A stretch of 63,802 nt of DNA, the filler included, from Octopus bimaculoides (lineage: Eukaryota): NCBI RefSeq assembly GCF_001194135.2. It is 9 parts of 7 records of this genome, joined end to end, with 100 filler letters (N's around TTAATTAATTAA, not from the genome) between each part and the next. Parts side by side here need not be neighbours in the genome. Positions count along the whole stretch, not along the records: positions 43,058 to 58,777 come from NC_069003.1; positions 58,878 to 61,425 come from NC_068981.1; positions 61,526 to 63,802 come from NW_026363672.1; 6 more parts are not named here. The stretch is one strand, 5' to 3'. The notes beneath the pieces were generated by a model. That model did not search any database and was not told the origin of the DNA. It was given only the letters and a program-made list of their open reading frames with translations. Below, one piece after another: positions 52,576 to 63,802 of the stretch. The translations under genes were made by a program, and so were the position numbers. Within the stretch, counting starts at the first letter, position 1. Every line of letters starts with the position of its first letter.

Positions 52576-52675
52576 ATTGCAACCGAATAATTGTCACATA
52601 TTATATTACAGATAAATTCCTCTATTTACATAATATCGAGGTTTCATTCATTCTTTTGTTGTCTCACCTTTACTA

Positions 52676-52716
<41 letters not shown>

Positions 52717-52730
52717 GCACATATATATAA

Positions 52731-52763
<33 letters not shown>

Positions 52764-53244
52764 AAGATATAAAGTCAAACACACATACAGGAGGTGTGTG
52801 TTGTTTGTTTGTCGGGCAGCTCCATTTTATAGGTGTAAGAGAATATAATCTCAATGCCCTTGGTATTAAAACACCCAAAAGCAGATCATAGCCAAGTGCG
52901 ACAACTCACACCAGATCCCTTTTTTCAGAACGATAGACATCGATATTGCGTCATTGTTGTGACTTCTCAATGCCATGGTACCAACCAAAGAGGTCTGCTT
53001 TGAGCTGTCTAACTGGCTATGATTATATGCTAAATGGTTTAAGAACCATCTGCTGATATGTCCCAGCATGTCATGCCATGGAAAAAATTCCAATATGAAT
53101 TAGAAGCAGCTTGAGGTATATAAACAAAGTTGAACACACATACATGAGTTTTATTACCTTGGCCAATTCTTCCCGACCGGTATTCTCAATCTAAGTCAGT
53201 TCACGCACTGTAATATTGTGTTGGTGTACAGTGTGTATTATTCT

Positions 53245-53765
53245 TTTCTACTCTAGGCATAAGGCCCGAAATTTTGGTGGAGGGGGCCAGTCGATTAGAA
53301 CGACTCCAGTATGCAACTGGTACTTAATTTATCAACCCTGCAATAGTGTTTTTTTTATCTTTTATTCTTTACTCGTTTGTCATTAGACTGCAGCCATGTT
53401 GGAGAAGCAGCTTGAAAGGTTTTAGTGGAACAAATCACACCCAGTATTCTCTTTTTTTAAGCATTGTATTTATTCTATCAGTCTCATTTGCTGAACCACT
53501 AAGTCACAAGGACATAAACAAACCAACACCACTTGTTAAGTGATAATGGGGATAAACACAAATACAAAGGCATGCACACACACATAAACACAAAGGCATG
53601 TACACACACACACACATACACACACATATATGATAGGCTTCTATGAGTTTCTACCCACTGACGAGGTTTTGGTTAGCCTGGCGCAAAAGTAAAAGAGACT
53701 TGCTCAAGGTGACACACAGTAATATTGAACCTGGAATCATGTGATTGGCAGCAGATTTTTTACCA
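53245..53765 (-). mobile_element. Two adjacent decayed SINEs (Meta-like 53245-53341; CORE-like 53350-53765)
   Basis: Family motifs ggcccgaaatttt...cagtcgattag and cagccatgttggagaagcagc...ggacataaaca. Confidence 0.7.
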
Positions 53766-54604
53766 TATTGGGGAATTAGTTTTTCTTTTCATTTTTTTTT
53801 TTTTTTTTTCTCATACAAAAAGAAAGGAATCAGATGCCAGTTAATCTCTAACTGCTGCAATACTTTCCATTTGAGGTATTCAAGGGTGAGCCAGCTTTGA
53901 AATCCTGTCAGACTTGCAGTGATTAGTGTAAAGGAACAAAGATTGTTAATCCATTCTATTGAAGGATTTCTTTCCTTTTTCCTTCCTTCATAAAATAAAT
54001 TAAACTTTCTCCTTATTCTATTCTTGAGATATAAACTTTGTATATATAAGAAGTAATAAAAATAATAATTTTTAAGTCTTCATTTCCTAGCCATTATAAC
54101 CATTCAGATTATTGGGAGCTAAACTACTCAATGTCTTCCTTCCTCAGAAGGAAGTAGTAGTGGTGGTGGTGGTGGTGGCGTCAGCAGCAGCGGTGGTGGC
54201 GGCAGTGGTTACGGCAGCGGAGGTGGTTGTAGTGGTGGTGGTGGTGGTGTTGGTGGTGGTGGTGGTGGTGGTGGTGGTGGTAAGAAGAAGAAGAATTGTT
54301 TCTAACTTAATAATCACAAAGCAGTTTTTGAGAGGAGAGAGTTAGCCACTAGCATCAATCCCAATGAGATTTGAATTCACTAAGTAAAACTTGTCAGAAT
54401 TACTGTGAAGAATTTTGTCTGATGCTCTAACAGTTTACCTGAGTTTTCATGCATTGAGCCTGTCCACCAAAGAAGATTACAAGTGAGCAATGGACTTTCT
54501 GAGAAGTCATTCAGCATTATAGAAAGAGTAGTTACATCTCTTTCAAATGACATCTAACTCTGCAGAAGAAGGACAAATCGGATAGTGTAATTCTGTAGGC
54601 AGCT

Positions 54605-54716
54605 GTCCATGGGAAGAGCACAGGGAAGTGGTGCCACTCCTGCCCTGCATAGGCCAGTATAACCTCTGCGTCTATGGGAGGCCTGCCTGTGGCAAATTAC
54701 ACAGGGCAAACCTGGC
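54605..54716 (+). ncRNA. Candidate HDV-like ribozyme (decayed) at the 5' end of the R4/Dong element
   Basis: P1 GUCCAUG/UAUGGGA (6 of 7 pairs), J1/2 hairpin, P2 GCCAG/CUGGC, GG for P1.1, P4 CCUGUG/CACAGG, J4/2 GCAAA; P3/L3 imperfect. Confidence 0.4.
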
Positions 54717-57700
54717 ATCCCAAAGCCTTAGTCAGCAACCAAGTTAGTGCTGGTGTTGTATTTCGGGTAACCCTTTATATGAAAATCTCAAATAAACACA
54801 CTCAGGGAGCAAACCCTGTAAAAATCATTCTCATTCTTTGCAATGATGACAATTTCAGGCTCAGATAACAACATGAACAGGAAAACTTCCCCGTATGTCC
54901 AAGACACCAGATTTCCCACACCCAGCAGGGGCAACTCAGAAGGCAATGAAGTGGAAGACCAGACCCCACAGAGTCGTAGTCCTTTTACTGGTCAAAATAT
55001 GCAGCATGCTAGCAAATGTAAGTGGTCTGTTGATATGAACAAAAAGGCAATTAAGTATCATGAACAAGCCTTGCCAAACAAGAACAATGGCAAATGTAAT
55101 GCTGTCAGAAAAAGATCATTAGAACTTTGAAACCTGCTGGATATGTTCCAGATTATTGAAAATGGGCTCATGGATCAGATAAGAATAATTCGGAATTGAG
55201 GCTTTCTTAATGAGGCCTAGATTCAGACAATCAGGAAAAGCCTCCATAATGGTGATAACCTCAAGAAGGATAATGTAGGTAAAGATCAGCGAATGCATAG
55301 GCAAGGTGAAGTTGTTGTAGAGGAGAGGCTGACCAATCAATATAATGTGGAGAGCCCTGTATTATGAGAGGATGTGACTGAGGAACAGATTAACCTCAAG
55401 ACAAGACTTGAGAATATAATAGTTACATGAAAAGACCAAGCCAGTGAATTTGAGAAGGTTTGACCGTAACAGTGTGAAAGGCGCAGCCCAAAAGGTTGAT
55501 GAGATTCTGAAATACATTCTCACAAAAAATCTAATGGAAACAGGGGACTTTATCAGATCTGCTTCAATTTTAGTAGTTGAACTGGTTGGAAAGAAAGAGA
55601 GGAAAGCAGATGGACAGGAGCCATGGTGGAAAAGGAGAATTGAAGGTGATATTAAAACTTTGCATAAAGATCTGAGTCTCATAGAAAAATGGTCCAAAGG
55701 GCAATGGAAAAATGCTAAAAAAGGTGCAAGGGCATATCTTGATGTAAAATACCAAATAGAAGAGAAAGGGTTCAAAATTGTTATTGAAACCTTAAAATAA
55801 CATGTGCGGGCAAAATCATTAAAGGTGCAACTGATCACATATCACAGTTCCAACAGAACAGATTATTCTCGAATAACCAGAGGTAGTTCTTTTAAGAGCT
55901 TAGAAGGAGATACAAAAGATAGTATAGCTCCTGAAGTAGAGGAAACCTGCCAATTTCGAAATAACATCTGGAGGCAAGAAGTTTCCCACAACCACAGTGC
56001 TGAGTGGATTCATTCTGTGAAATCCAAACTCCATCACCCGGAGGCTCTACGACAAGATCATGTGCGCATAACAATGGAAGATGTAATTGCACAGGTGTCA
56101 AAACTGCCAAAATGGAAAGTAGCAGGACCAGACAGAATTCAAGGCTACTGGCTCAAGTGGTTTAGGTCAACGCACAAGTGAATTGCATTGCCATTAGACA
56201 ACTGCCTACAGAGTGGTACAGTTCCAGAGTGGATTGTAGAGGGAAAGACATTATTGATGAAAAATTGATCAAAGGGCAATGAGGTTGGCAATTATCAACC
56301 CATTACTTGTCTTAACCTCTTATGGAAAATATTAACAGGCATCCTCACAGTGAAAATATATGTACATTCCTTGCAGAAAACAATCTATTTCCAGTGGAAC
56401 AAAAGGGATGCCAAAAAGGATGCAAGGGTACCAAGGACCACCTTGTGATATACAAAGTTGGAATGAAAAACTGCAAAGGGTATCAAAAAAACTTGTGCAT
56501 GGCCTGGATAGGCTAAAAAGACTTATGACCTGTTGTTGCATTTGTGGATTTTGGAAACACTTGACATGGGTGGAATAGCTGAGAATGTGTGTGCACTGAT
56601 TAAGAACAGCATGCCTAGTTGGAAAACACGTCTTTTTGTAATAACCAGTACTTAGCAAAAGTAGTAAACAAAAGAGGTATCTTCCAGGGAGACTTTTGTT
56701 CACCTTTGTTATTTATTATAGCCTTGATCCCACTTTTTGTAGATCTACACAAAGTCAATGCACATTATGAGCTGAGAAAGAATGGAACTTGTCTCAACCA
56801 CTTTCTCTTCATGGATGATTTAAAACTGTTTGCAAAAACAAAGTCTCAAATGGAGAGACTGACTGAGACTGTACAGGTGTGCAGCAAGGATATAGGGATA
56901 GAATTCAGTATCTCAGAGTGTACAGTGCTCACTTTGAAACAGGGCAAAAGAGAAGATTGTAAGGGCATAGAATTTCCAAACAGAGAGAGAACAAAAGACC
57001 TGGTTGATGATGGGTATAAGTATCTTGGGATCCTGGAGCTGGACAATATTTTGCACAGAGAAATGAAAGACAAGGTCATCACTGCATATTTGAAGCACCT
57101 CAAACTTCTCTTGAAATCAAAACTCAATTCAAGGAACCTTGTGACTGCCATCAACATATGGACTGTTGCTGTAGTTTGCTATACTGCAGCCATCCTTAAA
57201 TGAACATGAGCAGAGATTGACCAGCTTGATCACACAACCTGAAAGACAATGTCATTGCCTGGTGCCCTCCACCCTAAGGCGAACATACACAAGCTCTGCA
57301 TGAAGAGATGTAAAGATGGACATGGGCTGATTAGCATACTGGAGTGCATCAACAGTGAAAGAAGAAACATGGCAGAGTATTTGGTAAATAGTAAACAAGA
57401 CCTGCTACAGTATGCTGCTAATGCAGAAGGATTTACCAGGAATGGACTTGAAAGTGCTAATCAATTCTGATCATGAATAGCCAATGAGAAAGAAACTCTA
57501 CTGCACATGGAATTACATGCTCAGTTCCACCATGAAACTAACAACTTAAATGATCAGGAAGCATCATGGAGGTGGCTCAGCAAGGGTGACCTAGGAAAAA
57601 AAACTGAAAACCTAATCATCGCTACCCAGGATCAGGCATTGAATACCAACTCAGTAAAATGGGATATATATGATACAAGGGCAATGAACCTCTACAGAAT

Positions 57701-58300
57701 GTATGAGAAGAGGGTCGAAAGTGTGACTCACATTGTTAGTGCTTGTCAAAGCCTTGCACAGAAAGAGTACAAGTGCAGACACAACAAGGTAGTGCAAAAC
57801 CTTCACTGCCCACTATGCCGGATGTATGGATACAAGGCAATGGGTGCTTGGTACCAAAATACACCAGAAAAGATAATGGACAAAAAGGGAAAGGCAAAAA
57901 TTCTCTGGAACTTTGACTTCTTGACAGACAAGGTTTTAGAGCACCGAAGGCAAGACATATTAACATTTAGGAGGGACAAACAAGAGTGCCAAATAATCGA
58001 TATGGCAGTGCCAGGAGATCAACATATTATCATGAAAGAAAGAGAAAAGATCGATAAATATGGAGACCTGTAAATTGAGATCGGCAGGATGTGGCAGCTA
58101 TGAGAGTCAAATATAAAGGTTGTTCCTATTGTCAACAGACCATTGGGTTCAATACTACCAAACCTGAAGAAACATCTGGAAACTTTAGAAATACCCAACA
58201 ATCTAGGTGTATGACAAAAATCAGTATTACTTGGAACAGTGAACATATTGCATAAAGTATTGTCTGTCTGAGGTGCTTGATGTGATTTGACAGACAGTAC
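54605..58300 (+). mobile_element. Near full-length, decayed R4/Dong-like LINE
   Basis: GC-richer 5' UTR, then a broken ORF at 54843-58271: ENGLMDQIRII, EPWWKRRIEGDI, KWKVAGPDRIQGYWLK, YQPITCL, EQKGC, RGIFQGD, FMDDLKLF, YKYLG, LIIATQDQAL, decayed CCHC (YRMY...THIVSAC), RQDIL...IIDMAVP, LLGTVNILHKVLSV*. Confidence 0.95.
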
Positions 58301-58659
58301 AACCCCCCACCCCCATCCCAGAAGGCACAATATCTTTAATCCTTTTGAGGTCAATGAAATAAGTACCAGGTATGCACTGTGGGCTTGATGATATTGGATT
58401 CATCTATTAATTACTTCAGCCTACTGGAGTTATATAGATAGAATGAGGCATGTCACCACTAGACTGAAACAGCTGTAAGTCATTATCCCATTTTCTGTCA
58501 CTAGATGTCCTTTTTTAATTACTGATATGACATAATATGCCGCATGTGTTTGTATATTGTTATTATTGTCCTTTTAGTAAACAAATAAACAGGTAAATTG
58601 ATACAATACAATGTCTGCAAGTTGATGAATAACACTTATTCCTCTCCATTTTCTTATTG

Positions 58660-58693
<34 letters not shown>

Positions 58694-58877
58694 TTATATA
58701 TATATATATATATATATACAGGGTTGGCCAAAGTCACCTGACTATAAATCAAAACCATTTAATTCCAAGATTATCCTNNNNNNNNNNNNNNNNNNNNNNN
58801 NNNNNNNNNNNNNNNNNNNNNTTAATTAATTAANNNNNNNNNNNNNNNNNNNNNNNNNNNNNNNNNNNNNNNNNNNN

Positions 58878-58919
<42 letters not shown>

Positions 58920-59419
58920 CACACACACACACATACACACATTACACTCTTACTGCTACTAACTTGTGAATTCTGATTTTTCTGATGAATGATCAATTAG
59001 AATGATGATTGTCTTTTAATCTAATCTGAATTGGTGCTGTGGTTCACTGTTTTGGCACTTGTGCACTAGATCACTGATAGGTAATTTTCCCTGTTGAAAA
59101 TATACTGGATTTATAATTATCATCATCCCAAATTATAATTTTATAAATTGGGAAAGTTGAAAGTTCTAGTCCAGTTTATTAGATTTTGAAATGCAAAGTT
59201 CCTATAATTTTTTTTTTATCTTTGTATTTGTATTTATTGTATGTCAGAGAAGAAGAGACAGTGTGTATGGACTTTGCAGGCATCACTCACATTCTCTTAA
59301 GATTGTTGTGAACAAACACTAGTCTGAATCTCTGCTGATTAATCCCCACAGGAAAAACACGGGCAAGAATCTATTCCAAGTTGCAAATACTTTGTGGGAA
59401 TAGGGAAAGAAACTGGCTC

Positions 59420-59718
59420 TCCATTGGTTAAGATAATGAGGATTCTAGTTGATCTGATCAACAGAACAACCTGCTCAGGAAATTATGTGCAAGTGGCTGA
59501 ACACTCTACAGTCACACATACCCTTGACGTAGTTCTTGGGGAGATTCAGCATGGACACAGAATGTGACAAAGCCAGCCTTTTGATTACAACTCACTTTTG
59601 CCGGCTGAGTGGGCTGGAGCAACATGAAATAAAGTGTCTTACTCAAGGACACAACGCACCACCAGGTATCACACTCACAATTTTATGATCATGAGCCTGA
59701 TACCTTAACCACTAAGTT
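59420..59718 (-). mobile_element. Decayed SINE: CORE-like head joined to the 3' module of the 31662 family
   Basis: Minus strand gtgtccttgagtaagacactttatttc followed by cagccacttgcacataatttcctgagcaggttgttctgttgatcagatcaactagaatcc (compare 31960-32030). Confidence 0.75.
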
Positions 59719-60173
59719 ATTTTTCCTTCTCATGGGAAGGAAACAGATTCAGTTTGAATACTTGCAACAGAGAAAAGTCCTCTCTACTAAAGGCACCCAA
59801 GTACTACGTTTCCATGCTTGCATAATGCTTAACACAAACTATACAGTTAAGTTCTTAGAATATGAATACAGTGTATTAACAGATACTAGAGTAGGGATTA
59901 TGTTTGGTTCATTACCAGAAATAAAAGGAAGATTTTCTTTCTGCATATATTTTAAACTATTGTTTTAGATTATCATTAAATTGCTCAAATTATTCCTTTG
60001 GTTTTCAGACTACTCTCTTTAAAAGATTAAACAGATTTCTCTCTCTGTTTCATCCACTGTTGTCATACACTTCCAGCGTCATCCGCACACACACACACAC
60101 AAATAAATATATATATATGTATATATTAATTTATCTGCATCCTTTCATGTTAACCTTTGTAGTATAAGCTCAT

Positions 60174-60299
60174 AAAGCCCTGATGAGATTTTGCCCCCAT
60201 ATAGTTGAAAATGATGACCAATTCTTAGCATATGACCCTACCCAAATGCTTAGAATTACTATTCACCTAGGGGCATGAATTGAAATATATGTAGGTTTT
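60174..60299 (+). ncRNA. Type I hammerhead motif with a 95-nt stem II
   Basis: Stem I AAAGCC/GGUUUU, CUGAUGA, stem II GAUU/AAUU + GCCCC/GGGGC + UGAA/UUCA + AAUUCU/AGAAUU + AGCAU/AUGCU, GAAA, U-AUAU-G, GUA site. Confidence 0.78.
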
Positions 60300-60427
60300 T
60301 GGCATCTGCCATTTCTTTTAGAGCTTAATAATTTATCATTTATTTGTATTGTTTTTATTAAAAAAGTCTTTCAACTTCATTATGTCATACAAAGAAAATA
60401 TTTATACATCCCTAATTCTCCATTCAA

Positions 60428-60809
60428 GTGTGGTTGTTGCCAGTGCCACCTGACTGGCTCCCATGCTGGTGGTACATAAAAAGCACCCACTGCACTCTCG
60501 GAGTGCTTGGCATTTGGAAGGTCATCCAGCTGTAGAAACCTTGCCAGATCAGATTGGAACCTGGTGCAGCCTCCTGGCTTGCCAGTCCTCAGTCAGACTG
60601 TCCAACCCATGCCAGCATGGAAAGTAGACAATGATGATGAGGGCATTCAGATTCAGAAAGTTACCTGTAGTTATGGCATTGCTGTGTGGTTATGATGCTT
60701 GCTTTGCAACCATGTAGTTTCTGGTTCAGTCCCACTGTATGGTGTCTTGATCTTTCTATCAACCAGAGCCTTGTGAATGAATTTGATAGTTAGGAACTGT
60801 GGAAGTATG

Positions 60810-60810
<1 letters not shown>
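60428..60810 (+). mobile_element. RTE 3' tail (60428-60640) followed by a decayed CORE-like SINE head (60665-60810)
   Basis: aaagcacccactgcactctcggagtgcttggcatttggaaggtcatccagctgtagaaac...catgccagcatggaaag; ctggttcagtcccactg. Confidence 0.8.
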
Positions 60811-60852
<42 letters not shown>

Positions 60853-60971
60853 ATGTTTATATACCAAAAAGATTTCATAACATTTTTCTTACATTTTTCT
60901 GACATAATTTAAATATATACTTTAACCATGTAACACAAGCCTTCTGTAGTTTTTTCACTCTTATTATCTTT

Positions 60972-61007
<36 letters not shown>

Positions 61008-61394
61008 AGTGTGTGTGTACCTTTATGTTTGTCAACTTACCATCATTTGTCAACCGTAACTTGGTAGTGGTTCAGCAAAAGAAACTGGCAGAAGAAGTAC
61101 CAGATTTAAAGATATAAGTATTGGGATGATTTGTTTACCTTAACACTTCAAGTTGGTGCCCCCAGCATGGCCACAGTCCAATGACTGAAACAAAAGATAA
61201 AAGAATCAACACAATTATTTCTGTAATAACATGTGCTGGGTTTCACACAGGCACATATATGCATACATATATACCTAACACCCATGCTTGTGTGTATATA
61301 TAAATAATAAGGGTGAAAAATTGAATATTAATTTGATTAATATCAATTTAAAACCAGTGGCCTGGCATATTAAAATATCTGAAGATTCAGAAAA

Positions 61395-61425
<31 letters not shown>

Positions 61426-61956
61426 NNNNNNNNNNNNNNNNNNNNNNNNNNNNNNNNNNNNNNNNNNNNTTAATTAATTAANNNNNNNNNNNNNNNNNNN
61501 NNNNNNNNNNNNNNNNNNNNNNNNNCTTTTATGTGCCACTGGCATGGGTGCCATTTGCATGATACCAGTATCTGCTACAACTGCGATTCTGCTCAGCTTG
61601 ATGGGTTTTCTTCTCAAGCACAACATAATGCCAAAGGCTTTGAAAGGAACTCAGCCAGTCTCCAGTTAATGTATGGGATGTGGTCAGTTTTGATTACTCC
61701 AGGGCTATTGTCTTCTCAACAGAAGTCTGAATAGGACTTTCCAACAGCAACAATCAATATCATACTTGGGGGCAAGTGAGTATACTGAACCTTGACATGA
61801 AAACATTTATCTCAAGAAAGATGAAAAGAAAGATATGCAATAGGGTCACTAAAATAGAACAGTGAATAAGAGGTATGAATAGGAAAAAGAGAGAGCCCAC
61901 CCACCAAGTTATGCAAAAAGAAAGAAGAGTAAAGAAATTAAGGATACCAAAGCGAG

Positions 61957-62056
61957 AGATCTTCAAATAAATTTGCAACCCCTCAAATACAGTTGCAGAC
62001 CTCCAAATATTGTTGCATATCTTCAAATACAGATGCATACATACAAATATAGCTAC
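61957..62056. repeat. Degenerate 20-bp minisatellite, 5 units
   Basis: Units begin at 61957, 61977, 61997, 62017 and 62037; each has CAAATA at the same register, and four of the five end in TGC. Confidence 0.75.
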
Positions 62057-63604
62057 AAAAAAGATTAAGAACACATTTGTCATTCTCTTTTACTCTTGTA
62101 CTCGTTTCAGTCATTTGACTGCGGCCATGCTAGAGCACCACCTTTAGTCGANNNNNNNNNNNNNNNNNNNNNNNNNNNNNNNNNNNNNNNNNNNNNNNNN
62201 NNNNNNNNNNNNNNNNNNNNNNNNNNNNNNNNNNNNNNNNNNNNNNNNNNNNNNNNNNNNNNNNNNNNNNNNNNNNNNNNNNNNNNNNNNNNNNNNNNNN
62301 NNNNNNNNNNNNNNNNNNNNNNNNNNNNNNNNNNNNNNNNNNNNNNNNNNNNNNNNNNNNNNNNNNNNNNNNNNNNNNNNNNNNNNACAAGGCTTTGGTC
62401 GGCCTGAGGCTATAGTAGAAGACACTTGCCCAAGTGAATTATGAGAAAGAATGACATTAAGCACTTTGTTTTAGTTATCGAAAACAGACGTTAAACGATG
62501 ATGATGATGATCTCTACAAAATTCATTGCTACAACTCAAGAACTATGTAATGATGAACTGTTACTGCTGCTTCCATTATTTATATCAGCTCTCTCTCTCT
62601 CTCTCTCTCTCTNNNNNNNNNNTCTCTCTCTCTCTCTCTCTCTCTCCATTTCAGTGAAAAACCCTTGATCTTTTGAGAAGCTCCAGAATTGGTGGGAGGA
62701 TGGGAGAAAGTTATCTTCAGACAGAAAACCTGTTTGCAACAGCATGAAGTCTGCTAAAGGTACCCATATGGGTTTGATAATATTGTTAAAATATGTGAAA
62801 GATAAAATGTATTATCCAGAAAGATGAGGAGTCTCTCCAGTAGACTTTCACATGTTTTCTGTCAAACAAATTTTACTCAAAAAGCTTTGGTCAATCCAAA
62901 GATATGATTTCTCAAGCTATCATGCAGTTGAATCAATCTTGAAATCACATAGTTGTAATGCAAACTTATAAAAGACATAGCTCATAATGAACAGTAATGG
63001 ATACAGAGAGACTGTTTCATAGACATATCCAACCCACGCTGGCATTTCAAAAAACAAACAAATTATTGTTAAAACAGTGGTAGAGGGTTGGTGGGGATGG
63101 TGATAGGTGTTGTGGTGGTGGTAGTATTAGTAGTGGTGGTCGTGAATCAAACATCTTGTAGAGTAATTGCAATCGTTGCACTTATTGACCAACAGTATGA
63201 TTTGCAATATAGAACACAACCTGAGAGTCACAATAGAATGACCGGCTACTACAAACTAGTCTAATACAGATTAATTCCTCTAACGTACCTTTTACAAAAC
63301 AAGAAAAGTTTAAAGTTGTCATCAGGCTAACCTGGAAATTATTTACAGCCAGCAACATGCCAGATGGCATGGGGCCAATTGGGTTGTCACAAAATTTATG
63401 ACCAGCAGAGTGCTGTTATAAAACACATACACACATATATAAGTCAGTCAGTGGATTATATGAACAAATATTGACTGTAAAATTTATATTAGTGTCATTC
63501 ATAGGGTTATTTGTGAATACCTTCCAGGATCCAGCATGCAAATGCCAAACAATGTGAAAAGCTTGATTATATCTAAACAGAAAGAAACCCAAATAATAGA
63601 TACA

Positions 63605-63802
63605 TAGGTTCATTCATGTCTGTGTGGTTGAGAAGTTTGCTTCCCAACCCTGTAGTCTTGGGTTCAGTCCCACAGCACTGCCCCTTGGGCAAGTGTATTT
63701 TACTATAACCCCAGGCTGACCAAAGCCTTGCGAGTGGATTTGGTAGATGGAAATTGAAAGAAGCCCAGAGTGTGTATGCATGTATGTGTGTGTGTGTGTG
63801 TG
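63605..63802 (+). mobile_element. CORE-like SINE 5' half running into its internal (TG)n
   Basis: gtgtggttgagaagtttgcttcccaacc...gggttcagtcccac...ccttgggcaagtgt...ccaaagccttgcgagtggatttggtagatggaaattgaaagaagccc. Confidence 0.85.

Larger units (their letters stand above)
51857..52610. mobile_element. Non-coding foldback element with ~250-bp inverted arms, each carrying a hammerhead motif
   Basis: Arms 51857-~52110 and ~52340-52610; termini TGTAATATAATATGTGACAATTATTC and GAATAATTGTCACATATTATATTACA; spacer is an alternating purine-pyrimidine low-complexity tract. Confidence 0.85.

Noticed and set aside
52866-53093. ORF MEFFPWHDML... and alternative-frame GWYHG (SH2-like)
   Set aside because: The frame is interrupted by stops and the rest of an SH2 fold is absent.
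58420-58475. gaaacagctgtaag resembles the 3' half of a hammerhead (C-AGCT-G, GUA)
   Set aside because: No CUGANGA upstream and no stem I; at best an unrecognisable remnant.
61370-61405. aatat-ctgaaga-ttca-gaaa-aatt-atatt hammerhead-like string
   Set aside because: Stem II is absent (4 nt); the pairing is AT-only and likely chance within an AT-rich repeat also seen near 22720-22800.
61957-62056. CRISPR-like interpretation of the regularly spaced repeats
   Set aside because: Units are contiguous and degenerate with no unique spacers, there are no cas genes, and the context is eukaryotic.

Overview
Eukaryotic, AT-rich, repeat-saturated draft scaffold with many N gaps and dense microsatellites. 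The SINE/LINE families resemble those of a coleoid cephalopod (octopus); this is my inference from recognition, not a database result. I found no intact host protein-coding gene, rRNA, tRNA or CRISPR array, and almost all listed ORFs are microsatellite, gap or antisense artefacts. The window contains decayed retroelements: at least eight R4/Dong-like RT + restriction-like-endonuclease fragments (one near full length), two Penelope-like elements, RTE, CR1-group and Tx1/L1 pieces, and three tRNA-derived SINE families. It also holds DNA transposons (near-complete Tc1, two mariner derivatives, a DD37D maT, a piggyBac-type MITE, a Helitron 5' end). The most interesting signal is RNA-level: seven type I hammerhead ribozyme motifs can be folded by eye (22474, 26278, 47419, 49776, 51891, 52511, 60174). 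Two lie in the arms of a non-coding ~750-bp foldback element, and two have unusually long stem II hairpins. There is also a candidate HDV-like ribozyme at the 5' end of the long R4/Dong element. Ribozyme activity is untested and most copies carry one or more core or stem lesions. Element boundaries are approximate unless TIR/TSD coordinates are given.
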